From the IMG/VR virus record IMGVR_UViG_3300031939_000004, positions 1-53,786 of that record: a stretch of 53,786 bases of DNA; one strand, given 5' to 3'. The stretch's first letter is position 1; each line of letters starts with the position of its first letter. Origin of the DNA: a virus (lineage: Duplodnaviria > Caudoviricetes). Below, piece after piece: positions 1 through 8,478 of this stretch. Under the pieces are notes generated by a model. That model ran no database searches. It was given only the letters and a program-made list of their open reading frames with translations, and was not told the origin of the DNA. The position numbers and the translations under genes were made by a program.

Positions 1-1
1 T

Positions 2-127
2 GGGCATCGCGGCGGCAGTGCCGGCGGCGACCCCGGCCAGTAGGCCGAGCGTCAGCAGGGGCAGGATCAGTCGCTTCATCGGGGGTGGCTCCTCGGGTGG
101 TGGTGGCGTGGGTCTCGAAGTAAAGCA
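2..127. repeat. 126-bp terminal direct repeat, left copy (likely circular-assembly overlap)
   Basis: Positions 2-127 are identical to 53661-53786. The gene at 53166-53738 has its promoter at 119-148, so the contig closes into a circle. Confidence 0.93.
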
Positions 128-148
128 CGCGGCGTGCTAGGAGGGCAA
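119..148 (-). promoter_or_regulatory. Conserved phage promoter, copy 1
   Basis: Minus strand TTGCCC-tcctaGCACGccgcGTGC-TTTACT, then GGAGCCACCC and the ATG of the 53738 gene across the junction. Confidence 0.75.
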
Positions 149-155
149 GGACCCT

Positions 156-184
156 GCGGGGGCGGCGTGTCGGGCCGCCCCCGC
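156..184 (-). terminator. GC-rich hairpin, putative terminator
   Basis: 11-bp inverted repeat gcgggggcggc/gccgcccccgc just after the stop at 192. Confidence 0.55.
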
Positions 185-191
185 TGGCGGG

Positions 192-776
192 TCAGGGCTG
201 GGGCAGGGCGTTGATGCGGGCGGCGACCTTCGCGATCAGCTTCTCCTGCTTCGCCGGGATCTCGGCCAGGGCGGTCTCGATGGTGAGCCGGCCGGCGGCC
301 ACCGCCAGGACCAGGCGGCTGGCGTGCTTGGCGTCGTGGCCCGGCAGGTAGCTGCCCTTGCCGGTCTTGGCCTCGCCGCAGCAGGCGCACCGGCCGGCGG
401 GCTTGGCGGGCGCGACCTCGACGGGCGCCTCCTTGACGGCGGCAGCCTCGGCCACGACCTCGGCCTCCTCGCGGCTGGCCGGCGCCTCGGCCACGAGGTC
501 GGCCACCATCCAGGTGGTCGCCCCGCCCTGGCTCGGGGAGACGGTGCCATCGGTGAACTGGACCACGATCCGGACGTTGCGCTCGCCGTACCCCCGGCGG
601 GGCTGGACGTACTCGCTGCCGGCGACGGTGCGGAGGGTGGTGCCGGTCTTGGTCGTGGCGAGCGCGGCGAACTGCGGGTTGGCCGGGCAGTCGTTGGTCA
701 GGACGACGTCGCCGGGGCGCAGGGCCTTGGTGGTGACGCGGCGGATCTTGGTGCCGCGGGTGTAGGTGGCGTTCAT
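192..776 (-). CDS. Hypothetical protein with C-terminal CxCxG...GHDA putative Zn-binding motif
   Basis: ATG at 776 preceded by GGAGCCACCC; motif CACCGEAKTGKGSYLPGHDAK. Confidence 0.75.
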   Translation of the reverse strand: MNATYTRGTKIRRVTTKALRPGDVVLTNDCPANPQFAALATTKTGTTLRTVAGSEYVQPRRGYGERNVRIVVQFTDGTVSPSQGGATTWMVADLVAEAPASREEAEVVAEAAAVKEAPVEVAPAKPAGRCACCGEAKTGKGSYLPGHDAKHASRLVLAVAAGRLTIETALAEIPAKQEKLIAKVAARINALPQP

Positions 777-825
777 GAGGGTGGCTCCTCGGTTTCGGTG
801 GGCGGCCCGTCCGCCCTGTACCAAA

Positions 826-855
826 AGTAAACCACACCACGTGCCAGGGGCGCAA
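826..855 (-). promoter_or_regulatory. Conserved phage promoter, copy 2
   Basis: TTGCGC-ccctgGCACGtggtGTGG-TTTACT. Confidence 0.78.
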
Positions 856-873
856 GTTCGAGGGCGCGGCGTG

Positions 874-1212
874 TCACCCGACCACTCGCAGGCCGCGGTG
901 CTGGACCGTCTGCCGGCGCACCTGCTCCAGCCGGGCCGCCGCGGGCTGGATCCGCTCGCCCCGCGGCGCCGGGTAGCCGTCCGGGTAACGCCGGGTCGAG
1001 GCGCGGGACGGGCGCATCTGGGCGTCGTAGTAGTCGACGCGCTCGGCCGAGCACTGCGGGCAGGTCAGCGTCCGGCGGTACTCGACGACCCGGCCCCCGG
1101 CGCCCAGGGCGATGTCGTAGTGGCCGTCGAACGCCCACGGGTGGTGCACCCCGCGGCAGTTCAGGAAGCTGCCGTTGTAGCTGTCGATCGAGCCGTCGTG
1201 GCGGGTGGGCAT
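874..1212 (-). CDS. Hypothetical Zn-ribbon-like protein
   Basis: MPTRHDG... with GAGGA RBS; CRGVHH and CPQC motifs. Confidence 0.65.
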   Translation of the reverse strand: MPTRHDGSIDSYNGSFLNCRGVHHPWAFDGHYDIALGAGGRVVEYRRTLTCPQCSAERVDYYDAQMRPSRASTRRYPDGYPAPRGERIQPAAARLEQVRRQTVQHRGLRVVG

Positions 1213-1240
1213 GGTGGGTCCTCTCGGTAGGGCGGGCAAG

Positions 1241-1284
1241 GGGCCGCCCCCGCCACCTCGGGGGAAGTGTGACGGGGGCGGCCC
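1241..1284 (-). terminator. GC-rich hairpin
   Basis: 12-bp inverted repeat gggccgcccccg/cgggggcggccc. Confidence 0.5.
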
Positions 1285-1319
1285 GGGTCCGGGGCGGTGG
1301 GGAAGTCCCACCCCGGGGG

Positions 1320-1538
1320 TCAGATGGGCAGGGTGTGGAGGGCGAGCAGCCGGCGTCGGACGACCAGCCGGTGCCGGGCCCGGTACATCTGGCGCTGGCG
1401 CTCGCGCTCGGTGCCGGCGCCGGGGCAGTCGACCGAGCCCCGGCCGTAGCACCCGTAGTGGCCGCAGCCGGGGTCCACGTGGGTGCAGTAGCAGCCCCGC
1501 CGGCAGACCGCGCAGGTCCGGGCCGGGTCCGGGTTCAC
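1320..1538 (-). CDS. Small Cys-rich hypothetical protein
   Basis: 7 Cys in 72 aa; GTGA overlap with the upstream gene. Confidence 0.55.
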   Translation of the reverse strand: MNPDPARTCAVCRRGCYCTHVDPGCGHYGCYGRGSVDCPGAGTERERQRQMYRARHRLVVRRRLLALHTLPI

Positions 1539-1762
1539 CGGGCGCCCAGGTACTTGAACTGGCGACCGTTCCAGGCGTAGGCGGCCCGGGCGCCGGTCTT
1601 GGTGTCGCGGAACACGACCTCGTTGTCGGCGTAGACCGTGGCGCGGGTGTCGGCCCAGGAGCGGGCGCTGACCCGCAGCCGGGCGAGCTGCATCCCGTGG
1701 TCCGCGGGGCTGGCCAGCAGCTCAGCGATCCGGGCGGGGACGGGGCGGGGCGTGGTGGGCAT
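1535..1762 (-). CDS. Hypothetical protein, leaderless
   Basis: ATG 6 nt downstream of the promoter hexamer TTGGAT. Confidence 0.6.
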   Translation of the reverse strand: MPTTPRPVPARIAELLASPADHGMQLARLRVSARSWADTRATVYADNEVVFRDTKTGARAAYAWNGRQFKYLGAR

Positions 1763-1768
1763 AGGACT

Positions 1769-1797
1769 ATCCAAGCAGTGCCTTGCGTTCAGCGCAA
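1769..1797 (-). promoter_or_regulatory. Conserved phage promoter, copy 3 (leaderless)
   Basis: TTGCGC-N17-TTGGAT-agtcct-ATG, with TGC directly before the hexamer. Confidence 0.7.
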
Positions 1798-1814
1798 GTA
1801 TCCGCGCGGCGTGT

Positions 1815-3239
1815 CTACCTCCGGCCGCGGAACCGCTCGTCCTGCCGCTCCCGGCGCCGCGCCTGCTTCTGCCCGATCGCGACCTCGGTGACCCCCCAGA
1901 CCAGTGCGTCCAGCCGGTTCGGGCTCTTCGCGCCGGCACCGAAGTCGGTGGTCGTCAGCTCCTCCTCCAGCTCAGGCATGAAGCCGGCGATCCGGGCCCG
2001 GTAGGGCAACAGCGCGTGCGGGTCGTGCTCGAACAGCGCGGCCACCGGCTCGGCGCGGGTCCGCTTCTTGTCCGACGCCCACACCTCGATCACGTGCACG
2101 CTCGGGTCGACCTGGCGGAACACCTCGATCATCCACTTGCCGCCGTGGTTGCGCTCGACCACCAGCGCATCGGCCCCGACCTCGTAGTACAGCGCCACCG
2201 CCCGTTCGGCCATCTTCCGCGGGCTCGCCTGCCAGGCCCACGAGCCCATCACGTAGGCGACCCCGTCCATCCCCCGGGCCACGTGGGCGACACCGAACTC
2301 GTCGCCGCCCTCCTCGCCATCGGACGGGTCGACCGCGATCACCCGGCGCAGCGAGCCGACCTCGCGCAGCCTCGCCGGCCGCACCCGGCCGCCGTCCAGG
2401 TCGCTGGCGGTCCACAGCGCGCCCTCCACCGCGTCGATGGCGTCCCAGTCGCCCTCGCGCAGGGCCTTGCGCTGGGCGAGGTTGCTGTTGGCGTTCAGCC
2501 GGTGGACGTAGTCGGGGTCGGCGTTCATCAGCGCCGGGTTGTCCTCCAGGCGGGCGCTGATGAACGCGCGGCGCCTGGGCTTGGGCACCTCCGGGGTGGC
2601 CCGGGGGCGCCACGCCTCGCCGGGGCGCGGCAGGTCCTCGCCCGGCTCCAGGTCGTCCTTCTCCGGGCGGATCCACCAGCGCTTGACCCAGCGGTGGCCG
2701 GTGCCGCCCGGGTTGGTGGTGGCGACGAGGTGGGGGCGCACGCCCGGGATCGTGGAGCGCAGCCGGCCGATCAGGAACTCGACCTGGGACTGCATGAACT
2801 CGGTGATCTCCTCGAAGGCGACCACCCCGTACTCGGCGCCCTGGTAGTCGATCACGTCGTCGGCGTACTGGGCGCTGCCCAGCTCCATCACGCTGCCGTT
2901 GGGGAAGGTGAAGGTCCGGGCGTTGGCGTTCCACTTCGCCCGGCGGGACAGCTTCAGCTTGGCGCGCGGGATGATCGTCCGCTCCAGGCTGGGGAACACC
3001 CGGCGCAGGATCAGCCCGCGGTTGCCTGGGAACAGCTCCATCTGCCGGGCGACGTACTCGATGAGCCACTCGGTCTTGCCACCGCCGGCCGCCCCGCCGT
3101 ACAGCAGGTCGTCCACCAGCCCGGCCATGGCCGACGCCTCGGCCTGCTTCGGCTGCTCCTTCCAGTCCCCGACGTCGGGGCTGATCGCGTCGGCGAGGCT
3201 GCGCAGCCAGACCGGCTGCCGGGGCAGTACCGCGGTCAC
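1815..3239 (-). CDS. terL: Terminase large subunit
   Basis: Walker A GGAAGGGKT, Walker B VVAFEE, coupling motif TTNPGG, nuclease motifs IAVDP and RLDALVW. Confidence 0.93.
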   Translation of the reverse strand: MTAVLPRQPVWLRSLADAISPDVGDWKEQPKQAEASAMAGLVDDLLYGGAAGGGKTEWLIEYVARQMELFPGNRGLILRRVFPSLERTIIPRAKLKLSRRAKWNANARTFTFPNGSVMELGSAQYADDVIDYQGAEYGVVAFEEITEFMQSQVEFLIGRLRSTIPGVRPHLVATTNPGGTGHRWVKRWWIRPEKDDLEPGEDLPRPGEAWRPRATPEVPKPRRRAFISARLEDNPALMNADPDYVHRLNANSNLAQRKALREGDWDAIDAVEGALWTASDLDGGRVRPARLREVGSLRRVIAVDPSDGEEGGDEFGVAHVARGMDGVAYVMGSWAWQASPRKMAERAVALYYEVGADALVVERNHGGKWMIEVFRQVDPSVHVIEVWASDKKRTRAEPVAALFEHDPHALLPYRARIAGFMPELEEELTTTDFGAGAKSPNRLDALVWGVTEVAIGQKQARRRERQDERFRGRR

Positions 3240-3886
3240 GAGACCCGCCGGCTGGGGACCTCCAGGCGGGCCTCGCGCTCGGGCGCCGGCAGTGCCAGCA
3301 GCTCCTCGCGCAGCAGCAGCGGCGCCTGGGCGAGCTGGGCCGGGGTCAGGCTCAGCCGGCGCAGCGCCCGCTGCATCGCCTCGGCCATGAACTGACCCTG
3401 CTGCTCCTCGATCTGGACCAGCCGCTCAGCGATCCCGGCGTCGACCGCGGCCTTGGCGGTGCGCACCAGCCGGTCGCGCTCCTCGCCGTACAGCTTGACC
3501 CACATCTCGCGCAGCTTGTCGAGCTGCGCCTCGCCGCCCTCGCGGTCGATCGGGCCGAACCCGTAGTCGGTGGTGGTCTGCTTGCGCAGCCAGTCGACGG
3601 CGCCGGCCGACAGGCGCACCGCCCACAGGAGCGCCTGCGCCGGGTCGATGTCCATCTCCTCGGCCATGGCGATCCGGGCCTGGCGCTCGGCCACCCGGCC
3701 GGCGATCACCCGGGCGGCGTTGGCGCGCTGGCCGGGCGCCATCCCGCCATGCTGCCGGCAGTAGCCCTCGCCCAGGTGGTCGGTCTGGTAGCCAGCCTCG
3801 CGCCGGCAGGGCTCGCCGTTACTACGCTTGATCGCCGGGCAGGTGGTCTTGGGCCCGTCGGGGTCGCGTCGTTGTCCTCGTGCCAC
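3236..3886 (-). CDS. Probable terminase small subunit with C...C...C..HGG domain
   Basis: Directly upstream of terL with GTGA overlap; CPAIKRSNGEPC...YCRQHGG; leaderless GTG 6 nt after TACACT (3893-3898). Confidence 0.7.
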   Translation of the reverse strand: MARGQRRDPDGPKTTCPAIKRSNGEPCRREAGYQTDHLGEGYCRQHGGMAPGQRANAARVIAGRVAERQARIAMAEEMDIDPAQALLWAVRLSAGAVDWLRKQTTTDYGFGPIDREGGEAQLDKLREMWVKLYGEERDRLVRTAKAAVDAGIAERLVQIEEQQGQFMAEAMQRALRRLSLTPAQLAQAPLLLREELLALPAPEREARLEVPSRRVS

Positions 3887-3909
3887 CGGGGCAGTGTACC
3901 CCGGAGGTG

Positions 3910-4107
3910 TTAGCGTCCGGGACTGGCGGCCATCCGAGCCCAGCGGCAGGTGCGGCAGCGCCGGTCGATGTACGGCGGGCCGCCGGCCACCCGCGGGCGC
4001 CGCTCGAACTCCTCGCCGCCCTTGACCTGCCCACAGGTCTGGCAGGTCAGCGCGAGGATCGTCCGAGCGCCCGGGGCGAGCCGGCGGCCGAACAGCAGAC
4101 GGGGCAT
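3910..4107 (-). CDS. Small Zn-finger protein
   Basis: CQTC...CRTC; TGATG coupling to the upstream gene. Confidence 0.6.
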   Translation of the reverse strand: MPRLLFGRRLAPGARTILALTCQTCGQVKGGEEFERRPRVAGGPPYIDRRCRTCRWARMAASPGR

Positions 4108-4784
4108 CAGTCCATGCCGTGGACGGGGCACGGCGAGTCGCCGGTGCAGCCCTGGCCGTGCAGGGCGTCCCACCAGCGGGCGGCCCAGCGGGCGTCACCG
4201 AGGGCGGTGTGCCGGTCCTCGGGTCGGGCGTCGGGGACCGCGGCGAGGTGGGCGAGCGCCTCGCTGTTCATCGGCAGCCCCGGCTGTAGGCCGCGGGCGA
4301 GCGCGTGCCCGTAGGCCATGGACTTCAGGTCGTGGATGGCGTAGTGCCAAGGCTGCTCGGCCAGCCCGTGCCGGCGGAACATGGCCGACAGGACCGCCGC
4401 GTCGAAGTGGGTCCCGACCCCGACCAGGGTCGCGCCCTGCAGCTTGGTGTGCACCGCGCGGGCGATGGCGAACTCGGGCCCGTGGCCGGCGAACACGCCC
4501 TCGTCGTCGTACAGCCGGCCGCAGTATTCGCCGGACAGCCCCATCCGGCCGCGGGTCTCCCAGCCACCGATGCGCAGCGCGTCGGGCTCGGTGCCGGGCG
4601 GCAGGCTACTCGGGGTGTAGTCCACGATCCACAGGTGCTCGTGGACCACCTGGTCGGGGTCCTTGACGCCGTTGCGGACCTGGGCGGGGTGCGGGCCGCG
4701 GTAGACGGCGGCGATCTCCCAGGGACGGGCGAGGTGGCTCAGGCCGGTCGTCTCGGTGTCGACGAACACCAGGGGCGGGGTCAT
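4107..4784 (-). CDS. DnaQ/DEDDh 3'-5' exonuclease
   Basis: VFVDTETTGL, HFD and HTALGDA motifs; GAGGAG RBS. Confidence 0.85.
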   Translation of the reverse strand: MTPPLVFVDTETTGLSHLARPWEIAAVYRGPHPAQVRNGVKDPDQVVHEHLWIVDYTPSSLPPGTEPDALRIGGWETRGRMGLSGEYCGRLYDDEGVFAGHGPEFAIARAVHTKLQGATLVGVGTHFDAAVLSAMFRRHGLAEQPWHYAIHDLKSMAYGHALARGLQPGLPMNSEALAHLAAVPDARPEDRHTALGDARWAARWWDALHGQGCTGDSPCPVHGMD

Positions 4785-5215
4785 ACGGGGCTCCTCTTGC
4801 CGGTCCTGGCGTCGGCAGCCAAGATCCATGCGTGCCAGTAAAGCACGGGCATCTCCAGGGCCGAGGCGATCTGGAGTTCGAGCGTGGCGCCGCGGGACTG
4901 GCGGATTCCGCTGGGGGTGACCGTGGCGACGGCGTTGCAGGTCAGCAGCCCGCCGATGGCGCCGCGGACGGCGCTGTACCAGTCGCACTGGGGCTGCTGG
5001 GCGATCGGGGGCTCGGCCGGCGAGATCACCCGGTAGCCACGGCCACGCAAAGAGGCAGCAGCCTGGTGGAACTCGGCGAAGTTGAGCCCGGGGTAGCCCG
5101 ACATCGGGCCGCACAGATAGATCTGCCAGGCGTTCGGGCCGCGGGAACCGCCGAACACTCGGGCCCGGTCGCGCTCCATCACGCGCTCAGCGGCGCGCCG
5201 TTCGATCTGGTCCAT
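4781..5215 (-). CDS. DUF4406 / nucleoside deoxyribosyltransferase-like protein
   Basis: IYLCGPMSG..LNF..F, VISPAE and SRGATLE motifs. Confidence 0.75.
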   Translation of the reverse strand: MDQIERRAAERVMERDRARVFGGSRGPNAWQIYLCGPMSGYPGLNFAEFHQAAASLRGRGYRVISPAEPPIAQQPQCDWYSAVRGAIGGLLTCNAVATVTPSGIRQSRGATLELQIASALEMPVLYWHAWILAADARTGKRSPV

Positions 5216-5224
5216 CGTGCTACG

Positions 5225-5395
5225 CTAGCAGGGCAGCTCCAGCTGACCCGGTACCGGAACCGGGACCCGAAGCCGCTCCAGCTCGACCAGCGCCTCCACC
5301 AGCTCCGGCACGTGTTGGTACAGCGCCAGCACGACAGCACGAAGCTGCGCCGGGTTCAGCCGGCGCAGCTCGCGCTTGCACTCCTGCGGGGTCAC
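5225..5395 (-). CDS. Small hypothetical protein
   Basis: GTGA-coupled ORF filling an operon gap. Confidence 0.45.
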   Translation of the reverse strand: MTPQECKRELRRLNPAQLRAVVLALYQHVPELVEALVELERLRVPVPVPGQLELPC

Positions 5396-5730
5396 GCGAC
5401 CAGCCGGCGCCGGTTGCCCAGCCGCTCGCGGATGGCCGCGTTCCGCCTGGGCGCGTCGAACCCCCACACCCGGCCGGCGCGGATCACGTCGACGGTGCGG
5501 TACCGGTTGCCGCCGGGTGGGTGGCTCGCCTCCCGGCCGCACAGATCGTAGACCGGGCAGGAGTCGCAGACCTGCACCGCCTGGGCCCACCGAGCCAGCC
5601 GGGCCTCGCGGCCGGCCGCGTCGTGCGGGTGCTGCATCTCGCCCGGCAGGTCGACGTCCCAGGTCCGAGGCGGCAGCGTCGGGTGGTCGTGGCAGGCCGC
5701 CCGACGCTGCCAGCTGGAGTCAGTAGCCAC
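5392..5730 (-). CDS. WhiB-family transcription factor
   Basis: W..RAAC ... VCDSCPV..LC (four Cys) and a GRVWG turn. Confidence 0.78.
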   Translation of the reverse strand: MATDSSWQRRAACHDHPTLPPRTWDVDLPGEMQHPHDAAGREARLARWAQAVQVCDSCPVYDLCGREASHPPGGNRYRTVDVIRAGRVWGFDAPRRNAAIRERLGNRRRLVA

Positions 5731-6223
5731 TGGACCCGAAGCCTCGCGTGCCGCGCTCGTCGGGGGACACCAACACGTCGGTGCTCTCGGATCGGACCCG
5801 GACGATCGGGTGCAGGACCAGCTGCGCCAGCCGCTCACCCACAGCCACATCCACAGGTGTGGACGACAGGTTCCACACCCCGGCGTAGATCGGCCCGATG
5901 TACCCGTTGTCGATCACCGCCTCGTTGACCAGCAGCCCGCGGCGCCGCAGGGTCGAGCTGCGGCCGGTGATCCGGCCCCAGTAACCCGTCGGCAGCCGCA
6001 GCCGCAGCCCCGACTCGACGTCGACGAACTGGCCCGGCTCGATCCGGACCGCCTCGCTGACGAACAGGTCGAGCCCGGCGTCGCCGGTATGCACCTGCAT
6101 CGGCATCTGCGCATCGGGGTCGTCCAGGGCAACCTGTAGCACCGGCAGGTGCGGCGGGACGTCGATGGTCGTCCACGAGCCCTGGGTACGCAGCTGAACG
6201 CGTGGTTGGTCCTGCTCGCTCAT
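5720..6223 (-). CDS. dut: Trimeric dUTPase
   Basis: All five motifs: AGLDL, GRSS, VIDNGYIG, ERLAQL, RGTRGFGSSG. Confidence 0.92.
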   Translation of the reverse strand: MSEQDQPRVQLRTQGSWTTIDVPPHLPVLQVALDDPDAQMPMQVHTGDAGLDLFVSEAVRIEPGQFVDVESGLRLRLPTGYWGRITGRSSTLRRRGLLVNEAVIDNGYIGPIYAGVWNLSSTPVDVAVGERLAQLVLHPIVRVRSESTDVLVSPDERGTRGFGSSGY

Positions 6224-6465
6224 CGCCGCCCCGTCCAATCCCGGGGGTCGACCTGCGGGTTCACCCGCAGCGCGGCCCGCCGGCAGTCCTCGAAGTTGGT
6301 GTAGGGCTCGCCGCCGGTCGCGACGACCCGCGTGTTCGGTGCCAGCCGGCGCCAGATGTAGCGCTGCGCTCGGCTCAGCCCGCGCCGGTGGGCCCGGCGC
6401 TTGACCACCTGGACGATGTCGCCGTCGCTGGTCCCCCAGCTGGCGGCGATCTCCTCGCTCCTCAC
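6220..6465 (-). CDS. Hypothetical protein
   Basis: Coupled by 4-nt overlaps at both ends. Confidence 0.55.
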   Translation of the reverse strand: MRSEEIAASWGTSDGDIVQVVKRRAHRRGLSRAQRYIWRRLAPNTRVVATGGEPYTNFEDCRRAALRVNPQVDPRDWTGRR

Positions 6466-6785
6466 GCGGCGTCGCAGATCGGAGCACCGCACTGCGGCCA
6501 CTCGCCCCAGCGCTCGATCAGGTCCAGGGCCCGTTCGGCGTGCGCCAGCTTGGCCATGTCGACCACCTCTACCGGCGGCCCGGACTTCTGGCCGGCGGGG
6601 AACGCGCGCAGCCGGTAGGCGCCCGACGCGTAGCCGACTGTCATGGTCACCTGGGTCTCGGGGTGGGTCCACCAGTCGACCCCGCGCTTGCGGAAGCCGT
6701 GGCCCTCCAGCAGCCCGACGATCCGGGCGCCCAGCTCGACCGGGTCCCGGCCGTCAGACAGCTTGTTCGATCTCACTTCAGACAC
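6462..6785 (-). CDS. Hypothetical protein
   Basis: GAGAGGGA RBS; in-operon ORF. Confidence 0.6.
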   Translation of the reverse strand: MSEVRSNKLSDGRDPVELGARIVGLLEGHGFRKRGVDWWTHPETQVTMTVGYASGAYRLRAFPAGQKSGPPVEVVDMAKLAHAERALDLIERWGEWPQCGAPICDAA

Positions 6786-6823
6786 GGACGTGTCCCTCTC
6801 TCGATGGTGGGTAGATCAGTGGA

Positions 6824-7369
6824 TCAGACGCCCGGCCAGGCACCGACCTCGCGGACTCGCTGGGCCATCTTGGTGTACACGGCGATGTCGTGCCAGGTGT
6901 CGTCGGACGGGCGCCGGCCCTCCTTGATCGCGCCCATCACCCGCCCGACCTTGCCGGCGACGTAGAACGCGATCCCCAGCTCGGCCAGGGCGCCCTCGTC
7001 GGCCTTCTGCTCGACCGACCAGCCGGCGACGTCGGCGATCTGCCGGCCGAGGTCGATCAGGTCGGTGGAGCTGTACTCGACGGCCTTCGGCACGACCCCC
7101 GTGATCTCCTCGTCCACCCGGCGGTACCACCAGCGCTCTAGCTCGGCCGCCATCAGGCTGTGCTGCGCCTCCCGGGCGGCCTCCGCATCCACGAGAGCCT
7201 GGCTGCGGGCCGACAGGCCGGCCAGGGCGTCCGAGGCGCTCGGAGGGGCTCCCGTGGCAGCGACGGGCCCATGGAAGCGCGGGTGCGCCGGGCAGTGATC
7301 GGACGAGCAGGCGTGCAGCCCGTCGTGATTGTGCGCCAGGCGGGTGGTGCCGGGCGGCAGTGGGGTCAT
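6824..7369 (-). CDS. Putative all-alpha NTP pyrophosphatase-like protein (DUF1599/Nmad-like)
   Basis: K..EY ... K..R ... DDTWHDIAVY pattern; ATGA-coupled to purZ0. Confidence 0.55.
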   Translation of the reverse strand: MTPLPPGTTRLAHNHDGLHACSSDHCPAHPRFHGPVAATGAPPSASDALAGLSARSQALVDAEAAREAQHSLMAAELERWWYRRVDEEITGVVPKAVEYSSTDLIDLGRQIADVAGWSVEQKADEGALAELGIAFYVAGKVGRVMGAIKEGRRPSDDTWHDIAVYTKMAQRVREVGAWPGV

Positions 7370-8436
7370 CGGGCCTCTCCTCGCAGGACGATCTGGTCGG
7401 CAACGCGCGGGCCGGTCCCGACGACGGTGACCTCGGCCCCGGTGTCGCGCTCGACCCGCTCGACGAAGTCCCAGCCGGCCGAGGTGATCTTGTCGGCGCC
7501 GGTGGCGTCGGCGTCCACCGCGCCGGGCAGCTGGTCCAGCATCGACAGGTGGATGGTAGCGCCCGGGTTCGCCCGGATCGCCCGTTCGGCGAGTTCGCCG
7601 TCCCACAGGCCGACCCGGCGTGGCTTCTTGGTGACGGTGGTCAGCTCGACCGGCAGGCCCAGCTCCTCCCAGCTGGTCTCGTCCTTCATCGGGCCGGAGT
7701 TGCCGGCGACCCGGATCGGGTAGACCCGCATGCAGGCCAGGATGGAGATGTCCGAGACGGCCCAGGGCGAGACCCCAGCCATGGCGGCGAAGTCGACGGC
7801 CCGGCAGTCGGACGAGGTGCACTGCGGGTAGAAGCCGGCGTGCAGGCCGAGCCCATAGCCCTGGGTGCCCTCGATCACGACCACCTCGTGCGGGTTGGCG
7901 GCGGCGAACTGCAGCTCGCTGGAAGTGTCGTGGGTCGGCACCGGGAACAGGTCACGCTCGACCGCGGACAGCTTGTGCCACCACTGCCCGTAGGTCCGGG
8001 CGGAGCGCAGCAGCCGGGCCGCACGGGCAGCGCCGATGCCCTTACCGGTGGAGCCGATCGCACCGACCAGGCCGTGCTCGTGCTCGACGGCCTTGTGCTC
8101 GTCCTCCAGGACGGTGGCCTGGTCGTCGATACGCAGCTCGACCCGGACGTCGGCCGCGCGCAGCTGCTCCAGCTCGCTGCGCAGCACCGGCGGGTCGATC
8201 TCGCTGCCGGCGGAGATCACGCAGGTGACGCTGGGGTGGTCGGCGACGGCTCCGACCGGGACGGTACGTAGCGGCCAGGCTCGGCCGGTCTTGTCGTAGG
8301 CGGTGTGGCCGGCGTTGGGGCCGGCGACTCGGACGTTCCAGACGTGGCGGTCTTGGGTCCGCTCGATGACGCCCGCGGTTGCGGCGCCCTTCGCTTCGGA
8401 TCCGTACTGACCACCGACGACGATCACTAGGCTCAT
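7366..8436 (-). CDS. purZ: PurZ0-type N6-succino-2-amino-dAMP synthetase (PurA homolog)
   Basis: GGQYGSEAKG (Ser in place of the PurA catalytic Asp13), RVAGPNAGH, IEGTQG, YPQCTS, TTVTKKPRRVG; SMLD keeps the GTP-specifying Asp. Confidence 0.88.
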   Translation of the reverse strand: MSLVIVVGGQYGSEAKGAATAGVIERTQDRHVWNVRVAGPNAGHTAYDKTGRAWPLRTVPVGAVADHPSVTCVISAGSEIDPPVLRSELEQLRAADVRVELRIDDQATVLEDEHKAVEHEHGLVGAIGSTGKGIGAARAARLLRSARTYGQWWHKLSAVERDLFPVPTHDTSSELQFAAANPHEVVVIEGTQGYGLGLHAGFYPQCTSSDCRAVDFAAMAGVSPWAVSDISILACMRVYPIRVAGNSGPMKDETSWEELGLPVELTTVTKKPRRVGLWDGELAERAIRANPGATIHLSMLDQLPGAVDADATGADKITSAGWDFVERVERDTGAEVTVVGTGPRVADQIVLRGEAR

Positions 8437-8443
8437 GCCTGCT

Positions 8444-8453
8444 AGCCAAGCAC
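8444..8453 (-). promoter_or_regulatory. Leaderless extended -10 element of purZ0 (GTGC-TTGGCT)
   Basis: TTGGCT lies 7 nt before the ATG at 8436; no clear -35. Confidence 0.6.
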
Positions 8454-8478
8454 GCGCGCCCCGGGCTCCGGACACGGA

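Noticed and set aside
824-829. Reading the -10 element as canonical TACTTT
   Set aside because: This gives a 20-bp spacer, is absent from several copies (TTTGCTTC, TTCACT, TTGGCT) and is out of register with the leaderless starts.
7366-8436. Ordinary PurA auxiliary metabolic gene
   Set aside because: The catalytic Asp13 is Ser and the Arg303-equivalent is Lys, which fits PurZ0.
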